From: Limisphaerales bacterium | GTDB taxonomy: Bacteria > Verrucomicrobiota > Verrucomicrobiia > Limisphaerales > JAYPXF01 | Direction of reading: 5' to 3' | Length of the DNA: 64,000 nt | Assembly (NCBI GenBank): GCA_047608975.1 | Contig: JBLFYM010000001.1 | Location: forward strand, 66,816 to 130,815 | In this document: in pieces, positions 18,410 through 27,787 of the stretch | Position numbering within the stretch: the stretch's first letter is position 1 | How the letters are laid out: each line of letters opens with the position of its first letter | The notes under the pieces: generated by a model | The model's database searches: none | What the model saw: only the letters and a program-made list of their open reading frames with translations | Told to the model about the DNA's origin: nothing | Made by a program: the position numbers and the translations under genes

Positions 18410-19987
18410 ATGTCACCCATTCTAAAATCATCCGGCGCAATGGCGATAGCGACTCTGTTGAGTCGGGTGCTGGGAATGGTGAGGGTGATTCTCTACGCGC
18501 GATTCATGGGAACCGGCGCCGTGGCCGGAGCTTTTGCACTGGCATTCGCAGTTCCGAATCTCTTTCGGCGATTGTTGGGGGAGGGGGCGTTGACGGCGGC
18601 GTTCGTTCCGCTGTTCAAGAGCACGGAAAAGAAGGAGGGAGAAGCCGCGATGTGGCGCGTGGCGAACGTGGTGATCTGCGGATTGCTGATTGTTTCGGCC
18701 GGGATTGTTCTGATCGTCTGGGGAGGGATCTCGATTGCGCTGACTTTCGGCGGATTTGACGGTCGGCTCCGTCTCGTTCTGGAACTGGTGCAGGTCATGT
18801 TTCCCTACATGCTGCTGGTCTGTGTGGCGGCGATCTTCATGGGGATACTCAATTCGCGCGGCCACTTCTTTCTGCCCGCGCTCGGCGCGACCTTGCTGAA
18901 TCTCGTAATGATTCCCACCGTGTTGTTTGTCGCGCCGCGTTGGGGCGTCGTGCTGGAAGATCAGATCTTTGCGCTCGCTTATGGCGTGTTGGTGGCAGGA
19001 GTGATTCAGGCGACGTTCATGATACCGGCCTTGCGTCGGGAAGGCTTTCGATTCATCTGGATCAAACCGTTTGGGGATCCGGTCGTGAAAGAGATCTGGG
19101 GACGGATGCTGCCGGGGCTGCTCGGGGTCGCCGCGTTTCAGATCAACGTTCTGCTGACGGGCATTATTGCCGGGATGGTGGACTTCGAAATCAACGCCGC
19201 GTTTGAATTCGCGGTGCGGCTGTTCGAGCTGCCGCAGGGACTGTTCGGAGTGTCGCTGGCCACGGTGATGCTGCCGATGCTGTCGGGACTTGCTGCGGAG
19301 AACAAGACGACGGAGTTCAAGGCCACGCTGAATCAGGGACTGGGTTACATCGTATTTGTGAACGCGTTGATGGGCGTGCTCCTGATCGTTTTGGCGGAAC
19401 CGATGGTGCGGCTGCTTTTTGAGGGCGGGAAATTCACGGAGGAATCAACCGTCGCGGTGGCGTCCGTGTTGGTCTGGCTCGGGGCGGCACTGGTCCCTTA
19501 CTCGATGAACTCCATTCTCACCCGCGCTTTTTTCGCGCTGGGCGAATACCGGATTCCGATGCGAATTACCGCCTTCTGCCTCGCACTGAATCTCGTGTTG
19601 GTCATGTCGCTGATCTGGCCGGGCAAACCGGCGGCCCCGGCGATGGCAAATTTTGCCACCACGGCGCTGAACACGGTGCTGTTGCTCTTCGCGCTGCGCC
19701 GCAAGCTAGGCCGGCTCGGGTTGTTGTCGCTCACCGCGATGGTGATCCAGGTGATCTGCGCGGTGGCGATGGCCGGAGCAGTCTGTTTGTTCCTCTATGG
19801 CTGGTGGGATCACCGCTTCGGCCATGCGACCCTGTGGCTGCAAATCGGTGAAGTGTTCGTGCCCGCCGGTTTGGCAACCTTGGCCTACATCCTGTTCGCC
19901 GGTTCACTCAAGATGGGAGTGATGAAGGAGCTCGTGGCGATGCTCCGGAAGCGCAAAGCTGTGGCGCAAACCGATAAGTCGGATTAA
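18410..19987 (+). CDS. murJ: lipid II flippase MurJ (MviN)
   Basis: SRVLGMVRVILYARFMGTG, AFAVPNLFRRLLGEGALTAAFVPLF. Polytopic membrane protein, 525 aa. Confidence 0.9.
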   Translation: MSPILKSSGAMAIATLLSRVLGMVRVILYARFMGTGAVAGAFALAFAVPNLFRRLLGEGALTAAFVPLFKSTEKKEGEAAMWRVANVVICGLLIVSAGIVLIVWGGISIALTFGGFDGRLRLVLELVQVMFPYMLLVCVAAIFMGILNSRGHFFLPALGATLLNLVMIPTVLFVAPRWGVVLEDQIFALAYGVLVAGVIQATFMIPALRREGFRFIWIKPFGDPVVKEIWGRMLPGLLGVAAFQINVLLTGIIAGMVDFEINAAFEFAVRLFELPQGLFGVSLATVMLPMLSGLAAENKTTEFKATLNQGLGYIVFVNALMGVLLIVLAEPMVRLLFEGGKFTEESTVAVASVLVWLGAALVPYSMNSILTRAFFALGEYRIPMRITAFCLALNLVLVMSLIWPGKPAAPAMANFATTALNTVLLLFALRRKLGRLGLLSLTAMVIQVICAVAMAGAVCLFLYGWWDHRFGHATLWLQIGEVFVPAGLATLAYILFAGSLKMGVMKELVAMLRKRKAVAQTDKSD

Positions 19988-20026
19988 TCGGCCCGATCAT
20001 TGCTTATAGAACGAATAATGCCTGTT

Positions 20027-20045
20027 GCAACTGAGTCTCAATTGC
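20027..20045. promoter_or_regulatory. 19-bp imperfect palindrome upstream of feoA (candidate metalloregulator operator)
   Basis: GCAACTGAG-T-CTCAATTGC, arms complementary at 8 of 9 positions, 17 bp upstream of the feoA start at 20062. A partial Fur-like GAATAATG lies at about 20013-20020. Confidence 0.3.
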
Positions 20046-20061
20046 CATAACTTCCAAAACC

Positions 20062-20355
20062 GTGACCGATACGAACGAACTTTATCCCGTAGAAGGCTGT
20101 GAAAAGCCCGAACTTTGCCCGCTTGATGCGGTCAAGGCGGGCACATTCGTTCGGATCAAGGAGCTTTCCGGATCGCCCGAAATTTCATCAAGATTGCGTG
20201 AAATGGGTTTCTGTGAGGAACAACGCGTGAAATTGCTCATGAAACACACAAATATTGTGTGTCAGGTGTGCAATGCCCGCCTCGGGATCAGTGCCCAGCT
20301 CGCCAAGACCATCCTTGTTCAACCCATCTCCGGCGGCCGTCGGCGGGCCGCCTGA
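20062..20355 (+). CDS. feoA: FeoA family protein
   Basis: Small SH3-like FeoA: LDAVKAGTFVRIKEL...RLREMGFCEEQRVKLL. Confidence 0.8.
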   Translation: MTDTNELYPVEGCEKPELCPLDAVKAGTFVRIKELSGSPEISSRLREMGFCEEQRVKLLMKHTNIVCQVCNARLGISAQLAKTILVQPISGGRRRAA

Positions 20356-20358
20356 ACC

Positions 20359-20598
20359 ATGGCAGACGAAGGCACACCGCTGACCTCACTGGAGGTTGGG
20401 GTCAAAGCGACCGTGGTTCGCATCGGAGTTTCCCCCGCCGACAAACCCCGTCTCATGGAGATGGGGGTTCTCAACGGGTCCAAGGTCGAGCTCATTCGCT
20501 TCGCGCCCCTTGGCGATCCCGTCGAGATCAAGGTTCGCGGTTACAATCTGAGTCTGCGCAAAGATGAGGCGGACAAGATCTTCGTTCGCCCCGCATAA
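20359..20598 (+). CDS. feoA: FeoA family protein (second copy)
   Basis: LTSLEVGVKATVVRI...RLMEMGVLNGSKVELIRFAPLGDPVEIKVRGYNLSLRKDEA. Confidence 0.8.
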   Translation: MADEGTPLTSLEVGVKATVVRIGVSPADKPRLMEMGVLNGSKVELIRFAPLGDPVEIKVRGYNLSLRKDEADKIFVRPA

Positions 20599-20604
20599 AA
20601 ATTC

Positions 20605-22917
20605 ATGTCATCCACCGACGGAAAAAAGTCGACCTCGGATATTTCATACGTCGCACTCACCGGGAATCCGAACTGCGGAAAGACCACGATCTTCAATTCC
20701 CTCACCGGCCTGCGGGCCAAAGTCGGGAATTACGCCGGCGTCACCGTTGAGCGGAAGGAAGGGAAGCTTCGCGGAGTCGATCGGTCGGATATCATGATCA
20801 TCGATCTACCGGGGACGTACAGTCTGAGCCCCAAGTCGATCGACGAACAAATTTCACGAGACATCCTGTTTCATCGCTTGGACGAAGTTCCGGCTCCGAC
20901 GGCAGTCGTCGTGGTGATCGATGGATCCAATCTGGAGCGGAATCTTTACTACGCCACGCAGGTCATCGAGCTGGGGTATCCGACTCTCATCGCGTTGAAC
21001 ATGATGGATGTGGCCGAGCAAAACGGTCACACCATCGATGAGAAGAAATTGGCACAGGAACTCGGTGTCGAGATCGTGCCCATGGTGGCCAACGAGAACG
21101 AGGGGATGAACGCTCTGCGCGATAAGATCGCTGAAGTGCTGAAGTCATCAACCGCGGCACCGAAGGAGTTTGCCGAGTTGCCCGAACCGTTCGCAAAAGA
21201 ACGGGCCGCCATCGCCGAACAGCTGGAAGGCGAATTCAAGCAGCGCCACACCTCCGCAGTTGCCGAGGCGCTCCTGGTTTTATCCGACGAGAAGGCGGAG
21301 GCAACGCACAGCGAGCGGTACCCGGCGGCGATCCAAAGTGCGATCAAATCCGGCCGTGAGCGTCTGGATCAGGCGGGGATCGATTGGCGTTGTGCCGCGA
21401 TCGAGGCGCGTTACGCGAGGATCGGTGAGATTCACGACGCCTGTGTCGAAGAGGAGATGGAGTTCAAGGAGACCTACAGTGACAAGCTGGATCAGGTCTT
21501 GACGCACAAGGTTTGGGGCCTGGCAATCTTCGTCGCAATCATGGCGGCGATGTTCCAAGGGATCTTCACGATCTCCGAATGGCCGATGAACTGGCTGGAA
21601 TCGGGTGTCGGAATGCTCGGGAATGTGGTCGGCGGCTTTATGCCGGAAGGGGACCTGCGTAGTCTGCTGGTGGACGGCGTTATCATGGGAGTAGGGGCGG
21701 TGGTTGTCTTTCTGCCGCAGATCTGTCTGCTGTTTCTCTTTATCGGAATTCTCGAAGACACGGGTTACATGTCGCGTGCGGCATTCCTGATGGACCGCCT
21801 GATGAGCAAGGTCGGGTTGCATGGAAAAAGCTTCATTCCGATGCTCAGTTCCTTCGGTTGCGCCATTCCGGGAATCATGGCGACGCGGACAATTGAAAAC
21901 CCCAAGGACCGATTGGTTACCATTCTCGTCGCCCCACTGATGAGCTGCTCAGCACGGTTGCCGGTCTATACCGTGCTTATCGCCGCCTGTGTGCCGGATA
22001 TCCGGGTGGGCGGAATGGGGCTTCAGGGATTGACGATGCTCGCGATGTATCTGCTCGGAATTATCGTGGCGTTGCTGATGGCGTGGCTGTTCAAGAAGAC
22101 GCTGCTAAAGGGGGACGTTCCGATGCTGATCATGGAATTGCCGCCGTATAAGAAACCGGTGGCGCTGGCCTTGCTGCGGCACATGTGGGAACGCTCCAAA
22201 ATATTTCTGAGACGCGCCGGCACGGTGATTCTTGGAATCAGTATCTTGCTTTGGTTCCTCGCGACCTATCCGCGGAACTCGGCGATCGACGAACGCTTCG
22301 CCGAGGAGCGCGCAACCACGGTGCAGCAGGCCTACTCCGGGCTGAGCAATGATGACGTCGATTCAAAGATCGATGAACTCGCAGCACTGCACTCCAAAGA
22401 AGGTTCTCCCGTGACGGCTCCAACCGAGATAGATTCGAAAGTCTGGGAGGAATTGGCTGCGCTCAACAAGGCCGAGTCCGGTGAGAAACTACGCACAAGC
22501 TTTGCCGGTCGTTTGGGCCAGTTGATCGAACCGGTGATCAAGCCGCTGGGCATGGATTGGAAGATCGGCATCGGATTGGTCGCATCATTTGCAGCCCGAG
22601 AGGTTTTTGTGAGCACGATGTCCACCGTCTACAATGTTGGCGAAGTGGATGATTCCGATTCGGGAACGCGAACCTTGGCGCAGACCCTTCGCGAGCAGAC
22701 CTGGCCGGACGGCTCACCGATTTACACCACCCTGGTGGCGGTCACGCTCATGGTGTTCTACGTCTTCGCGATGCAATGCGTGAGCACCATCGCGGTGGTG
22801 CGACGCGAAACCAACGGCTGGAAATGGCCAATCTTCCAATTCGTCTACATGACCGCGTTGGCTTACGTCTTGGCGTTGATCACCTACCACGGCGGGAAGC
22901 TGCTTGGTTGGGGGTAG
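20605..22917 (+). CDS. feoB: ferrous iron transporter FeoB
   Basis: G-domain VALTGNPNCGKTTIFNSLTG, IIDLPGTYSL, ALNMMD, followed by the polytopic membrane domain. 770 aa. Confidence 0.95.
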   Translation: MSSTDGKKSTSDISYVALTGNPNCGKTTIFNSLTGLRAKVGNYAGVTVERKEGKLRGVDRSDIMIIDLPGTYSLSPKSIDEQISRDILFHRLDEVPAPTAVVVVIDGSNLERNLYYATQVIELGYPTLIALNMMDVAEQNGHTIDEKKLAQELGVEIVPMVANENEGMNALRDKIAEVLKSSTAAPKEFAELPEPFAKERAAIAEQLEGEFKQRHTSAVAEALLVLSDEKAEATHSERYPAAIQSAIKSGRERLDQAGIDWRCAAIEARYARIGEIHDACVEEEMEFKETYSDKLDQVLTHKVWGLAIFVAIMAAMFQGIFTISEWPMNWLESGVGMLGNVVGGFMPEGDLRSLLVDGVIMGVGAVVVFLPQICLLFLFIGILEDTGYMSRAAFLMDRLMSKVGLHGKSFIPMLSSFGCAIPGIMATRTIENPKDRLVTILVAPLMSCSARLPVYTVLIAACVPDIRVGGMGLQGLTMLAMYLLGIIVALLMAWLFKKTLLKGDVPMLIMELPPYKKPVALALLRHMWERSKIFLRRAGTVILGISILLWFLATYPRNSAIDERFAEERATTVQQAYSGLSNDDVDSKIDELAALHSKEGSPVTAPTEIDSKVWEELAALNKAESGEKLRTSFAGRLGQLIEPVIKPLGMDWKIGIGLVASFAAREVFVSTMSTVYNVGEVDDSDSGTRTLAQTLREQTWPDGSPIYTTLVAVTLMVFYVFAMQCVSTIAVVRRETNGWKWPIFQFVYMTALAYVLALITYHGGKLLGWG

Positions 22918-22998
22918 CGCGAGAAGAACTTTAAACCGCTAGCCCCATTTAAGAGGGGGCTGCGATCATTCATTCCCGATAGGATTTCCGTTTGCCCC

Positions 22999-24276
22999 TC
23001 ACTCCGCCGCAAGGCTGGCGCAGACGAGTTCACGGTCGTTCCGGGCGAACACGTGTTTGTAGGCGTAAGCGGGATGGGACCAGACGACCAGTCGGCGGCG
23101 AAGTTGTTTTGGAGTGGGATCGATCAGTTTCGCGCGGCTGATCTCGTTGAAGCCGCCGGGTGAAAGTTCCGCGATGATCAATTCGCCGGCTTCGTTGAAC
23201 ATCCACGTCTTGGAGCCGTTCTGCACAAAGTGAATCGTGGACCAGCGATCCTGGGGAGTGGCAGTCTTGTCCTCCCAGATTCGCTTGCCGGTGCGAAGTT
23301 CCAGACAACGGAGTTCGCCATAGCTGTCCACCCCGTAGATGTAGTCGCCGAGCAGAGTAGGGGTGGAGATGATGGAGTGCAGCGCCTCGGTGCTGCGTTC
23401 GCTCTTGCCGCGTCGTCGCCAAACCTCGCGCACTTTCATCGATTTGGCATTGGGCTTGAGCATGAGCGAACCATCGTAGAAGCCAGTGAAGTAGAGCAGG
23501 TCCAGATGCTGGATCGGAGTTGCGATTCCGAGCGGTATTTTGCGTGCTTTGAAAGGGAATTCCCAATGTGGCTTGCCGGTCTGGGGGGCCAGTCCAACGA
23601 TTTGGTCACCGGTCCAGAACACGAGGGCTTTTTTGCCGGCCTGATTGATCATCGTAGGTGCGGCGTAGTTCGCCCGATCGTCCAGAGCTCGCCAGGCCTC
23701 TTTGCCTGAACGCTTGTCGAAGGCCACGACGCAGGCGCCTTTGCCACCGATCATTGCGATGACGAGATCACCATCGACGATCGGCGAGGAGGCAATCCCC
23801 CAGATGGGGAGTTTGATCTCGTACTCTTCGAAGCAATCGTGCTTCCAGATCACCTTGCCGGTCTTGGCGTCCAAACAGTGAAAGTCTCCCTTGGCTCCGA
23901 GCGCGTAGGCGCGTCCGTCATCGATGGTCACGGCGGCCCGGGGGCCGGCCGGGTAACTCACGTTGCGGTAGCTCACCGGGTATTCATGGGTCCACAGCAT
24001 TTTGCCGGTCTTGAAATCGACGCAATGCACACGTTCGAGTTCGGGATCCTCCACCCGATCTGTCACATAGACGCGACCATCGGCCACCGTGGGAGCCGAG
24101 TAGCCGCCACCGATGGGAACGCTCCAACGGCGCGCGATCTGTTTTTTGGGGAATGCCTCGATGATTCCGGTTTCCTTCCAGACGCCGTCCCGGTTGGGAC
24201 CGCGCCATTGTGGCCAATCGTCGGCGTGAACCGGGATGGCGATACACAGGAAGAGGAGAATTTGGAGTCGTTGCAT
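22999..24276 (-). CDS. PQQ-like beta-propeller repeat protein, secreted
   Basis: ORF 22999..24471. ATG 24276 gives MQRLQILLFLCIAIPVHA followed by the hallmark DDWPQWRGPNRDGVW. Repeated propeller blades follow. Confidence 0.8.
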   Translation of the reverse strand: MQRLQILLFLCIAIPVHADDWPQWRGPNRDGVWKETGIIEAFPKKQIARRWSVPIGGGYSAPTVADGRVYVTDRVEDPELERVHCVDFKTGKMLWTHEYPVSYRNVSYPAGPRAAVTIDDGRAYALGAKGDFHCLDAKTGKVIWKHDCFEEYEIKLPIWGIASSPIVDGDLVIAMIGGKGACVVAFDKRSGKEAWRALDDRANYAAPTMINQAGKKALVFWTGDQIVGLAPQTGKPHWEFPFKARKIPLGIATPIQHLDLLYFTGFYDGSLMLKPNAKSMKVREVWRRRGKSERSTEALHSIISTPTLLGDYIYGVDSYGELRCLELRTGKRIWEDKTATPQDRWSTIHFVQNGSKTWMFNEAGELIIAELSPGGFNEISRAKLIDPTPKQLRRRLVVWSHPAYAYKHVFARNDRELVCASLAAE

Positions 24277-24480
24277 GCGTTTCTCACGCTGAAGCGTGGA
24301 GGTTGTTCCGTCAATCAGATGATCTTGGAACTCGGGCTTGGGATTCGTTGCGGGACGCCTCTGGTTTCCAAAATCACGTGTTCTGTGGCCCGAGTGCGCA
24401 GTGAATAGCGGCCGGGGACAGCCACAGTCCAAGACGCTGTCGCGTTCGCGGATGCCCCGAATTGTGCCCAAACGGGTCTC

Positions 24481-26085
24481 TCAGTTGGGGGCGGCTACCT
24501 TTTCGATGACGTGAACGGGGTGTTCGTCGAGGAGGTTGAAATGGATCCCCTTGATTTTCTTCGGATCGAAGAAGTTGACGCCGGCGTAGAAATAGATGGG
24601 GGCGATGATGGCTTCGTCGTGGATGATCATCGACTCGGCCTGCTGCAACAGCTCGCGGCGTTTGGCGGTGTCCGTCTGAAGATTGGCGCTACGCATGATC
24701 TGATCGTACTTCGCATTCTTCCAGCCGGTGCGGTTGTTGCCATTGTTGCTCATGAACAGGTCGAGGAAGGTGTTGGCGTCGTTGTAATCTCCGATCCAGC
24801 TGCTGCGGCTGATATCGAAGTTCAGCTGGGACTGTTCGTTGAGATAGACCTTCCACTCGCTCTGTCTGATTTCCATCTTGATACCGAGTTCCTTCTTCCA
24901 CATCGCCTGTAGCTCCACCGAGATCTGCGCGTCGATCGGTGCGTTGTTCATAAGGTAGGTGAAGGTGGGAAATCCTTTTCCATCCGGGTAACCGGCTTCG
25001 GCGAGGAGCTTGCGCGCACGTTCAGGATTGTGCGGCAAGCCGGCCGGGGATTCGTAATCAGCTGTGCCTTTGGGGACAAAATGTTCGGCGACCTGCTCGC
25101 CGGCCTTCGTGATGTTGTTAACCAGTCGCTGCCGGTCGATTGCCATGGTGAGGGCTTGTCGGACGCGGACGTCATCGAACGGTTTGCGGGTGGTGTTGAA
25201 TCGAAAGAAGTAAGACCCGAGATAGCCGAAGGTATGGCAGTCCGGCCGTTTGCGGAGCACGTCCATGAGCGAGGATGGGATGAGGCTTTTGTCCCAGATG
25301 ATGTCGGCAGCGCCGGTGTCGTAGAGATTGAGGGCAGTGGTCGGAAATTTCATGGGGATGAAATCGACGACCTGACATGGAGGTAGCTTGCCGGACCAGT
25401 GGCGTGGGTTCGCGCGGACGCGGACACGGTCATTGAGCTTCCAGAAGTCGAGCATGTAGGGGCCGCTGACGGGAACAGGATGTTCGATGGTCCAGCGGTC
25501 ACCATGCTTTTCGATCCAGAATCGCGGGACAACCGCCAACGTGGGGAAGGCGCATAGATCGAGGAAGAATGCGGTCGGAGCATTGAGCTCGACCGCCAGT
25601 GTGTGGGCGTCAATCGTGTAAACGGCGACGTCTTTCGCGGTGTATTTTCGACCGGTGTCGGGATCGGATTTTCCGGTGTTGAAATTTTCTGCGTTCTTTA
25701 CGAAATACAGCTGCCCGGCGTAGTCCGCGGCGGTCATCGGATCGAGGACCCGTTGCCACGAATACACAACGTCAGCGGAGGTGATGGGGGTGCCGTTGGA
25801 CCATACGGCGTTCTTCCGCAGGTAAAATGTGTAGCGTTTCCCGTCGTCAGAGATTTCCCAACGCTCCGCGAGCGCCGGTTCGGCCCGGGCGGTTTCGGCC
25901 TTCAGTCGGGTCAATCCCTCGAACAGGCCACGGACGATTCGGGAATCGGAAATGCTGGTGATGAGCGCGGGATCGAGTGTTTCTGGTTCAGATCCGTTAA
26001 TGATGCGCAGATCTGCCGGTGGGACTGGTTCGCGGCAGCCGGTTGCGAGGAGACAGAGGGCGGGGAGGAGGAGGGCAAGCTTCAA
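24481..26085 (-). CDS. ABC transporter substrate-binding lipoprotein, family 5 (peptide/nickel type)
   Basis: ORF 24481..26247, but residues 1-54 translate a repeat element. TTG at 26085, preceded by GAGG, gives the lipobox MKLALLLPALCLLATGC. The body is OppA/DppA-like (INGSEPETLDPA, WSNGTPITSADVVYSW). Confidence 0.8.
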   Translation of the reverse strand: MKLALLLPALCLLATGCREPVPPADLRIINGSEPETLDPALITSISDSRIVRGLFEGLTRLKAETARAEPALAERWEISDDGKRYTFYLRKNAVWSNGTPITSADVVYSWQRVLDPMTAADYAGQLYFVKNAENFNTGKSDPDTGRKYTAKDVAVYTIDAHTLAVELNAPTAFFLDLCAFPTLAVVPRFWIEKHGDRWTIEHPVPVSGPYMLDFWKLNDRVRVRANPRHWSGKLPPCQVVDFIPMKFPTTALNLYDTGAADIIWDKSLIPSSLMDVLRKRPDCHTFGYLGSYFFRFNTTRKPFDDVRVRQALTMAIDRQRLVNNITKAGEQVAEHFVPKGTADYESPAGLPHNPERARKLLAEAGYPDGKGFPTFTYLMNNAPIDAQISVELQAMWKKELGIKMEIRQSEWKVYLNEQSQLNFDISRSSWIGDYNDANTFLDLFMSNNGNNRTGWKNAKYDQIMRSANLQTDTAKRRELLQQAESMIIHDEAIIAPIYFYAGVNFFDPKKIKGIHFNLLDEHPVHVIEKVAAPN

Positions 26086-26210
26086 GTAAGCCTCAATCTT
26101 CAAGCTCCACTCTGAACGCGCGTGGGTGTGCGGAGGGGAGCTGGCTTCACGCCCCTGGGTTGAGGCTTGAAGCGTACATGAAGTTTTGGATTTGAGGCTT
26201 GGAGCTTTCA
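26075..26210. repeat. CTCCAA / TTGGAG inverted-unit intergenic element
   Basis: Left arm 26075-26112: GCAAGCTTCAAGTAAGCCTCAATCTTCAAGCTCCACTC. A GC-rich core follows. Right arm 26159-26210: GTTGAGGCTTGAAGCGTACATGAAGTTTTGGATTTGAGGCTTGGAGCTTTCAG. The 16-mer TGAGGCTTGGAGCTTT (26193-26208) is identical to 54220-54235. Confidence 0.55.
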
Positions 26211-26304
26211 GACGCCTTGAATTCCTACGAATGACGCTGAACCGCAAACAAAAAACGCCCGCGATTCGATTTCTCGATTCGTGGGCGCTTGAAAGAGAAG
26301 GTTA

Positions 26305-26916
26305 TCAGTTCTTCTTGGCCGGGGGCACGACAACCGCATTCGTGGCTGCCTTCACTGCGTTGGTGGCAGTGGTCAGCACCTTGGTGGCCGCGGTGTCCGC
26401 CGAGACCTTCACGTTGTCGATGATGGACTGCAGCGTGGCGTTCTCGCCGGACTTCACGGCGTTTGCTGCGTTGGTGATCAGAATCGTGTTGGTGATGGCG
26501 TTGGTCACCGGGGTGACGTTCTGGGAACCAAATCCAACGTTCGTGACTCCTGGAGTCACTGTTGCGTTGGTGACTGCTGCGTTGGAGCTGGCCAAGCCGG
26601 TTGCGGGCAGCTGAATGGGACCGGCCGTCCCGCTCTCGGAGGCCAGTTGGTCGCGCACGGCGCTGTTACCCTTGCGGTTACCGGAGTTGAGCACGGAGAG
26701 GAGCAGGGCCAGACAGAGAAACAGAACTGTGCCCCATTTGGTCAGTTTCGTCATGGTGTTGCCAGCTCCCGCCCCGAAAAGGGCATCCGCGCCGGCGCCA
26801 CCAAAGGAAGAGCCCATGCCGGCGTCCTTCTTGGGTAGCTGCACGAGGATCAGGAGAATCAACAACAGGCAGTTGAAGAACAGGACGATACTTAGGAATC
26901 CAATCAGGTAGCTCAT
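26305..26916 (-). CDS. secG: preprotein translocase subunit SecG with long low-complexity C-terminal tail
   Basis: N-terminal about 78 aa is SecG-like: two TM helices flanking LPKKDAGMGSSFGGAGADALFGAG. The gene sits directly downstream of tpiA, a conserved arrangement. The remaining 125 aa or so are T/N/V/A-rich. Confidence 0.75.
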   Translation of the reverse strand: MSYLIGFLSIVLFFNCLLLILLILVQLPKKDAGMGSSFGGAGADALFGAGAGNTMTKLTKWGTVLFLCLALLLSVLNSGNRKGNSAVRDQLASESGTAGPIQLPATGLASSNAAVTNATVTPGVTNVGFGSQNVTPVTNAITNTILITNAANAVKSGENATLQSIIDNVKVSADTAATKVLTTATNAVKAATNAVVVPPAKKN

Positions 26917-26928
26917 TTTAAGTCTTTC

Positions 26929-27696
26929 TTAGTCGAGGCAGTTCTTGACGATGTCCGAGAAGCTGCGGACTTCCAGGGCGGCGCCTCCTACGAGGGCACC
27001 ATCAATGTCGGGTTGACCCAACAGCTCACGGGCGTTGTTGGGCTTCACGCTGCCGCCGTATTGAATGCGGACGCGTTTGGCGATTGCTTCGCCGAAAAGT
27101 TCAACGAGCACGCCGCGAATAAAGGCGTGGACGGCCTGGGCCTGTTCCGCACTGGCGGTCTTGCCGGTGCCGATCGCCCAGACGGGTTCGTAGGCGAGGA
27201 TGACGTCTTCCATCTGGCTGGCTTCGAGGCCCGCGAGGCTGCCACGAAGTTGGTTGCCAATGACGGTTTCGGTGTCGTCGGCTTCGCGTTGCTCCAAGGT
27301 TTCACCGACGCAGATGATCGGCTTGAGGGATGCTGCGAGAGCAACTTTGGCCTTGGTATTGACGAGTTCGTCACTCTCGTTCTGGTATGCGCGTCGTTCG
27401 GAGTGACCGAGGATCACGTAGCGAACGAGAAATTCCTTGAGCATGTTGGCGGAGATTTCGCCGGTGTAGGCACCGCCGGATTGCTCGCTCATGTTTTGGC
27501 AACCAAGGCGGATGTCGCTCTCGATGACTTCCTTGGAGGTTTCGCTGAGGGCCGTGTAGGGAGGGCACACGATCACGTCGATGTCCTTCAAGTTGCTAAG
27601 TTCCAACTTGAGGCCCTTCACTAGGTCGAGCGCTTCGGCAACTGTCTTGTTCATCTTCCAGTTGCCCGCAATTATGAGTTTTCGTTCTTTTTCCAT
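26929..27696 (-). CDS. tpiA: triose-phosphate isomerase
   Basis: IIAGNWKMNKT, ILGHSERR, AYEPVWAIGTGKTA. Confidence 0.95.
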   Translation of the reverse strand: MEKERKLIIAGNWKMNKTVAEALDLVKGLKLELSNLKDIDVIVCPPYTALSETSKEVIESDIRLGCQNMSEQSGGAYTGEISANMLKEFLVRYVILGHSERRAYQNESDELVNTKAKVALAASLKPIICVGETLEQREADDTETVIGNQLRGSLAGLEASQMEDVILAYEPVWAIGTGKTASAEQAQAVHAFIRGVLVELFGEAIAKRVRIQYGGSVKPNNARELLGQPDIDGALVGGAALEVRSFSDIVKNCLD

Positions 27697-27787
27697 GCGT
27701 TTTGGGTCGCAAAAGAGCCCAAGATTAAATAACAGAAATCTCTCTGCGTCCAGTCTCAGTTTTTAATCTTTTTTTGGGTTTCCCCGC

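Noticed and set aside
26193-26208. Identical 16-mer TGAGGCTTGGAGCTTT at 26193 and 54220 as stand-alone proof of a repeat family
   Set aside because: Roughly one chance 16-mer match is expected in 64 kb when both strands are compared. I use it only as supporting evidence alongside the shared unit structure, inverted-arm architecture and intergenic location.
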